Below are positions 61,381 to 64,000 of a stretch of DNA of 64,000 bases, in pieces. The notes beneath the pieces were generated by a model. It worked only from the letters and a program-made list of their open reading frames with translations, ran no database searches and was not told where the DNA came from. Numbering within the stretch: the first letter of the stretch is position 1; the number at the start of each line of letters is the position of its first letter. This DNA comes from Bacteroidota bacterium (lineage in GTDB: Bacteria; Bacteroidota; Ignavibacteria; Kapaibacteriales; HRBIN21). Both the position numbers and the translations under genes were made by a program. Where the stretch lies: assembly GCA_030550275.1 (NCBI GenBank), contig JAUQPR010000005.1:19899-83898 (forward strand). Direction: 5' to 3'.

Positions 61381-61930
61381 GTCATCAATTGCTTCCAAGG
61401 GGTTCCCATGAGCTACGAATTGTCCCCTATGCTTCCCCCAAAGCGACCGTCTGTACTCGTCACGGTGCTCAGATGGGTTGCGGTGTTACCAGCTGCTATT
61501 GGTGCCTGGATAGTAGTTCAACTCTTAGTTATCTTGGCGAACGCAGCGGTTATACCTCGATGATCGGATTGGTGGTTGGAGTTAATCAATAGTGCCGCGT
61601 CCTCTTATGCTTTTGTGTACGCCGACGCAGCTACTGCCCCAAACACAACTTCATCGTAGGAATTGTCGTTGCTATTCTCTACGGCATATTCATGGTCGTC
61701 ATCATCACTGCGGGTTTCTTTATCGAAACGTCCGTCCCGCTCTGGCGGCTTGTACTCTCGGGCGTTATCAGTCTAGTCGCGACCATCGCTGCCGTCGTAA
61801 AATTGCGCGAAGAATACTGACGGGTGCGACGCCGAACAAATCGTTGGACGCGAGCGGCGGGAGCGCTTCTCGCAACTAGCTTGGTGCGGCGAAGGATGCT
61901 TTGATTCCCGCCGCCGCGTCAACTCAATCG
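61375..61930 (+). mobile_element. Gene cassette 1
   Basis: Start GTTCGGCGTC (61374-61383) is the exact reverse complement of GACGCCGAAC (61828-61837) at its own attC. Confidence 0.85.
61408..61820 (+). pseudogene. Four-TM membrane protein gene inactivated by an in-frame TGA and a frameshift
   Basis: MSYELSP...LRWVAVLPAAIGAWIVV...PR*SDWWLELI...ATAP, then shifted to HNFIVGIVVAILYGIF...KLREEY*. TGA at 61561; shift near 61641. Confidence 0.7.
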
Positions 61931-61936
61931 TTAGGC
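61831..61936 (+). mobile_element. attC site 2 (106 bp)
   Basis: GCCGAAC ... GTTG(G)ACGCG(A)GCGGCGGGA / TCCCGCCGCCGCGTCAAC ... GTTAGGC. Confidence 0.88.
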
Positions 61937-61954
61937 GGCTATGAGGATCGCGCG

Positions 61955-62434
61955 ATGAACGTAAAGGACACGCTGGCCGGGCTCGGTGGCCTCCTCATCA
62001 TGGGAGCCTTCCTCGTCGTCGGCATCGCAATCGCCGGTGTCTTTATCTTCGGTGCGGCTTGGGCGAGTACGAAGCTACTGCCGTGGTTCTCCGTTCTGAC
62101 ACGGGTGGCCTTCGGCATCGTTGTCTTCATCCTTTTGCCCCTTGCGATTCCGAAAGCGACTCGCGGATTCTCAAGCGTGGCGCTTTTCGTCGCGTCCTAC
62201 GTGTTCGGCGCAACGCTCTGGATGAAGGGCCTCTTGTTGACGCTCGCAATCTGGGGCGTGGGCGCTGTCTTCATCGGTCTCTTCCTCGCGGGCGTCGGCG
62301 TAGTACCGATCGCGATGCTGGCGACCCTGATCAAGGGCATGTGGGGCCAGCTCGTCGAACTCGTGCTGCTCGCGATCATGACCTTCGGCAGCCGGATCGG
62401 CGCCATGGCCCTTGCGGAAAGCCTAGAAGGCTGA
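61955..62434 (+). CDS. Hypothetical integral membrane protein (cassette-borne)
   Basis: 159-aa, almost entirely hydrophobic ORF; GAGG SD upstream. Confidence 0.8.
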   Translation: MNVKDTLAGLGGLLIMGAFLVVGIAIAGVFIFGAAWASTKLLPWFSVLTRVAFGIVVFILLPLAIPKATRGFSSVALFVASYVFGATLWMKGLLLTLAIWGVGAVFIGLFLAGVGVVPIAMLATLIKGMWGQLVELVLLAIMTFGSRIGAMALAESLEG

Positions 62435-62437
62435 GGC

Positions 62438-62758
62438 ATGCGGCGAATCTGGGTTCCACAACTCCTTGCCAGCTTGATGCTGCTCTGGGCCCTCAACCCG
62501 GAGAACCCGTATGGGTACTACATTCTGCTTCGCTGGGTCTGCTGCGGCGTCTTCGCCTACCTGGCTTTCAAGGCACTTGATCAGGGGCATCAGGGCTGGG
62601 TCTGGGTTCTGGGAATCACGGCCGCCGTGTACAACCCGATCTTTAGAGTGCACCTCACGAGGGAGATCTGGTCTGTTGTCAATGTCGTCACGATAGGAAT
62701 CGCGGTGGCGTCAGTCTTCGCCATCAAGTTCAAGGACGAGAAGCACGACACCGCCTAA
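62438..62758 (+). CDS. Small membrane protein, DUF6804-like
   Basis: PYGYYILLRWVCC and YNPIFRVHLTREIW motifs; the TAA stop lies inside the attC R'' box. Confidence 0.8.
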   Translation: MRRIWVPQLLASLMLLWALNPENPYGYYILLRWVCCGVFAYLAFKALDQGHQGWVWVLGITAAVYNPIFRVHLTREIWSVVNVVTIGIAVASVFAIKFKDEKHDTA

Positions 62759-62810
62759 CAACCGGTTGCAGCGGACGGCGTCTCGCCGCCACTGAGCTGG
62801 AGCGTTCGCT
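62753..62810 (+). mobile_element. attC site 3 (58 bp, same family as attC 1)
   Basis: GCCTAAC-AACCGGTTGCAGCGGACGGCG-TCT-CGCCGCCACTGAGCTGGAGC-GTTCGCT. Confidence 0.85.
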
Positions 62811-63366
62811 ACCCCGGATACTTCCACGCAGTCAAAGGTACAGAACCAGATCGCGCCGGTGATCCATGTTGTCAAGCATTGCTTGCTGTTCTGCGCCTGA
62901 ACTCAATCTGGCTGTACAGAATCGGCAGGACGGTAAAGCCTATCGGTCTCCTCCAGCTCGGAAGGAGACAGCTTGAAGAACCTTCTTCTTTCCCACCTTA
63001 CAGCTCGACTTCGCGTGGGGGAGCAAGCCTGCAAGTCACATCGGACTTTTGCTTGACAGTCGCAGAGCCGTTTTTTAAATTTGCAATGTAGGGGTGTGCG
63101 GTACATACTTGACCCCGACGGCAAGGGTGTTCAAAGTCCAATCGCCGCCTGGTCAACTAAGCGCCTGCCTGACGGCAGTCGGGCCTACGCGCCGAAGTGT
63201 AGGTCACGTAGGCGGACTTTAGATGGCAACCAGATTACATAACAACCATCTGACTGAAGAGCAAAGATGATGGAAACAAAGATGATGGAAACAAAAAGTT
63301 GACAACTCACCCGCCAGCGCATGTTATGCCGGCGGAAAGCGGCAGAGGCGCGTTAGGTGGAAACCA
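62757..63366 (+). repeat. Direct repeat copy 2
   Basis: Matches 60761-61366. Confidence 0.95.
63053..63083 (+). promoter_or_regulatory. Pc-like promoter, copy 2
   Basis: TTGACA-17 bp-TAAATTTG, identical to copy 1. Confidence 0.75.
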
Positions 63367-63384
63367 GATAGACTATAGTTATGC
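63323..63384 (+). mobile_element. attI-like site, copy 2
   Basis: GTTATGC (-55) and GTTAGGT (-26), then ACTATAG^TTATGC where the unique protease-gene sequence begins. Confidence 0.55.
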
Positions 63385-63425
63385 GCCGTAGCCACAAGTC
63401 CGAATCGGCGATGGTCATAGTTCTT

Positions 63426-64000
63426 ATGATGGAGAAAAGCGCTCGGCGAATTGTTCCTCTTCTCCTGATTCAGTTTCTCCTCGCCACTGAAACCAGAGCC
63501 CAATCTATCGCCGACATAGCAGAGCGCGTCGGGAAATCAGTAACGATGATCGTTACTTACGATGCGACCGGTTCGGTCATAGGACAAGGGAGCGGCGTGT
63601 TTATAAACAAAAACGGACTTGTGCTTACCAATGCCCATGTGCTTGAAGATGCATACTCCGCCGAAGTTATCTCCGACCTTGGAACTTTTGACAGAATCAC
63701 GATTGTCTTTCGTGACCCAACGCGTGATCTAGCCTTGATTCAACTGAAAACTAATCAAGCCAGTCCGATAAGTTTTGCCAGCGATCCTAACTTCAGGCCG
63801 GGGGATCGAGTTGTCGCAATCGGCAACCCATTAGGTCTTGAGAAAACCGTGTCCGATGGTTTGATAAGCGGCATCCGTTTGACAAATGATGGAGTCGAAC
63901 TCATTCAAACTACCGTCCCAATTTCGCCGGGCAGTAGTGAGGGAGTTCTGCTAAACACATCGGGCGAACTAATCGGAATAACCTCCTCCACGCTTAAAGC
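63426..64000 (+). CDS. Trypsin-like (S1C/HtrA-type) serine protease, 3'-partial; probable cassette 3
   Basis: Manually translated: GSGVFI, TNAHV (His), DLALI (Asp), AIGNPLGL, ISPGSSEG (Ser). Frame is open from 63381 to the window end and is absent from the ORF track. Confidence 0.85.
   Translation, partial: MMEKSARRIVPLLLIQFLLATETRAQSIADIAERVGKSVTMIVTYDATGSVIGQGSGVFINKNGLVLTNAHVLEDAYSAEVISDLGTFDRITIVFRDPTRDLALIQLKTNQASPISFASDPNFRPGDRVVAIGNPLGLEKTVSDGLISGIRLTNDGVELIQTTVPISPGSSEGVLLNTSGELIGITSSTLK

Larger units (their letters stand above)
61931..62804 (+). mobile_element. Gene cassette 2 (two ORFs)
   Basis: Start GTTAGGCGG is complementary to CCGCCTAAC (62751-62759) at its attC. Confidence 0.85.

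Noticed and set aside
61561-61563. TGA recoding (Sec or Trp) in the cassette 1 gene
   Set aside because: The same gene also has a frameshift, and TGA is used as a normal stop throughout the window.
61098-61879. Track ORFs 61098-61592 and 61592-61879 as real genes
   Set aside because: The first crosses the cassette boundary and is frameshifted in copy 2. Both are out of frame with the hydrophobic pseudogene that better explains cassette 1.
60757-63384. CRISPR array or CRISPR-like repeat-spacer structure
   Set aside because: Repeats are two ~600-bp copies and attC palindromes separated by genes; there are no 25-45-bp repeats with regular spacers and no cas genes.

Overview
GC-rich bacterial chromosome segment, most likely from an FCB-group (Chlorobi/Ignavibacteria/Kapabacteria-like) organism. 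This is inferred from T9SS-associated genes, a BatA-domain protein, DUF3109 and recurrent TAnnTTTG promoter elements. Positions 1-47241 are dense housekeeping DNA: the end of a flagellar cluster (flhF-flhG-fliA-HDOD), rpmH-rnpA-yidD-yidC, tRNA-Ala(CGC) and tRNA-Gln(CTG), peptide ABC components, dnaB, an FtsI-like PBP, HU, kynU, uvrA, queE, two histidine kinases and purH. An accessory defence island starts right after purH. It holds remnants of yhcG and of an older type I R-M system, an intact mrr, and an intact type I R-M operon with a 1662-aa nuclease-STAND (Avs-like) gene inserted between hsdM and hsdS. From about 60750 to the end lies an integrase-less integron cassette array with three attC sites, two complete cassettes and one partial cassette. 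Its most unusual element is a ~570-bp gene-less module (promoter, structured leader, attI-like site) present twice, each copy placed exactly at the GTT crossover of an attC. All calls come from reading the sequence by eye; no searches were run.
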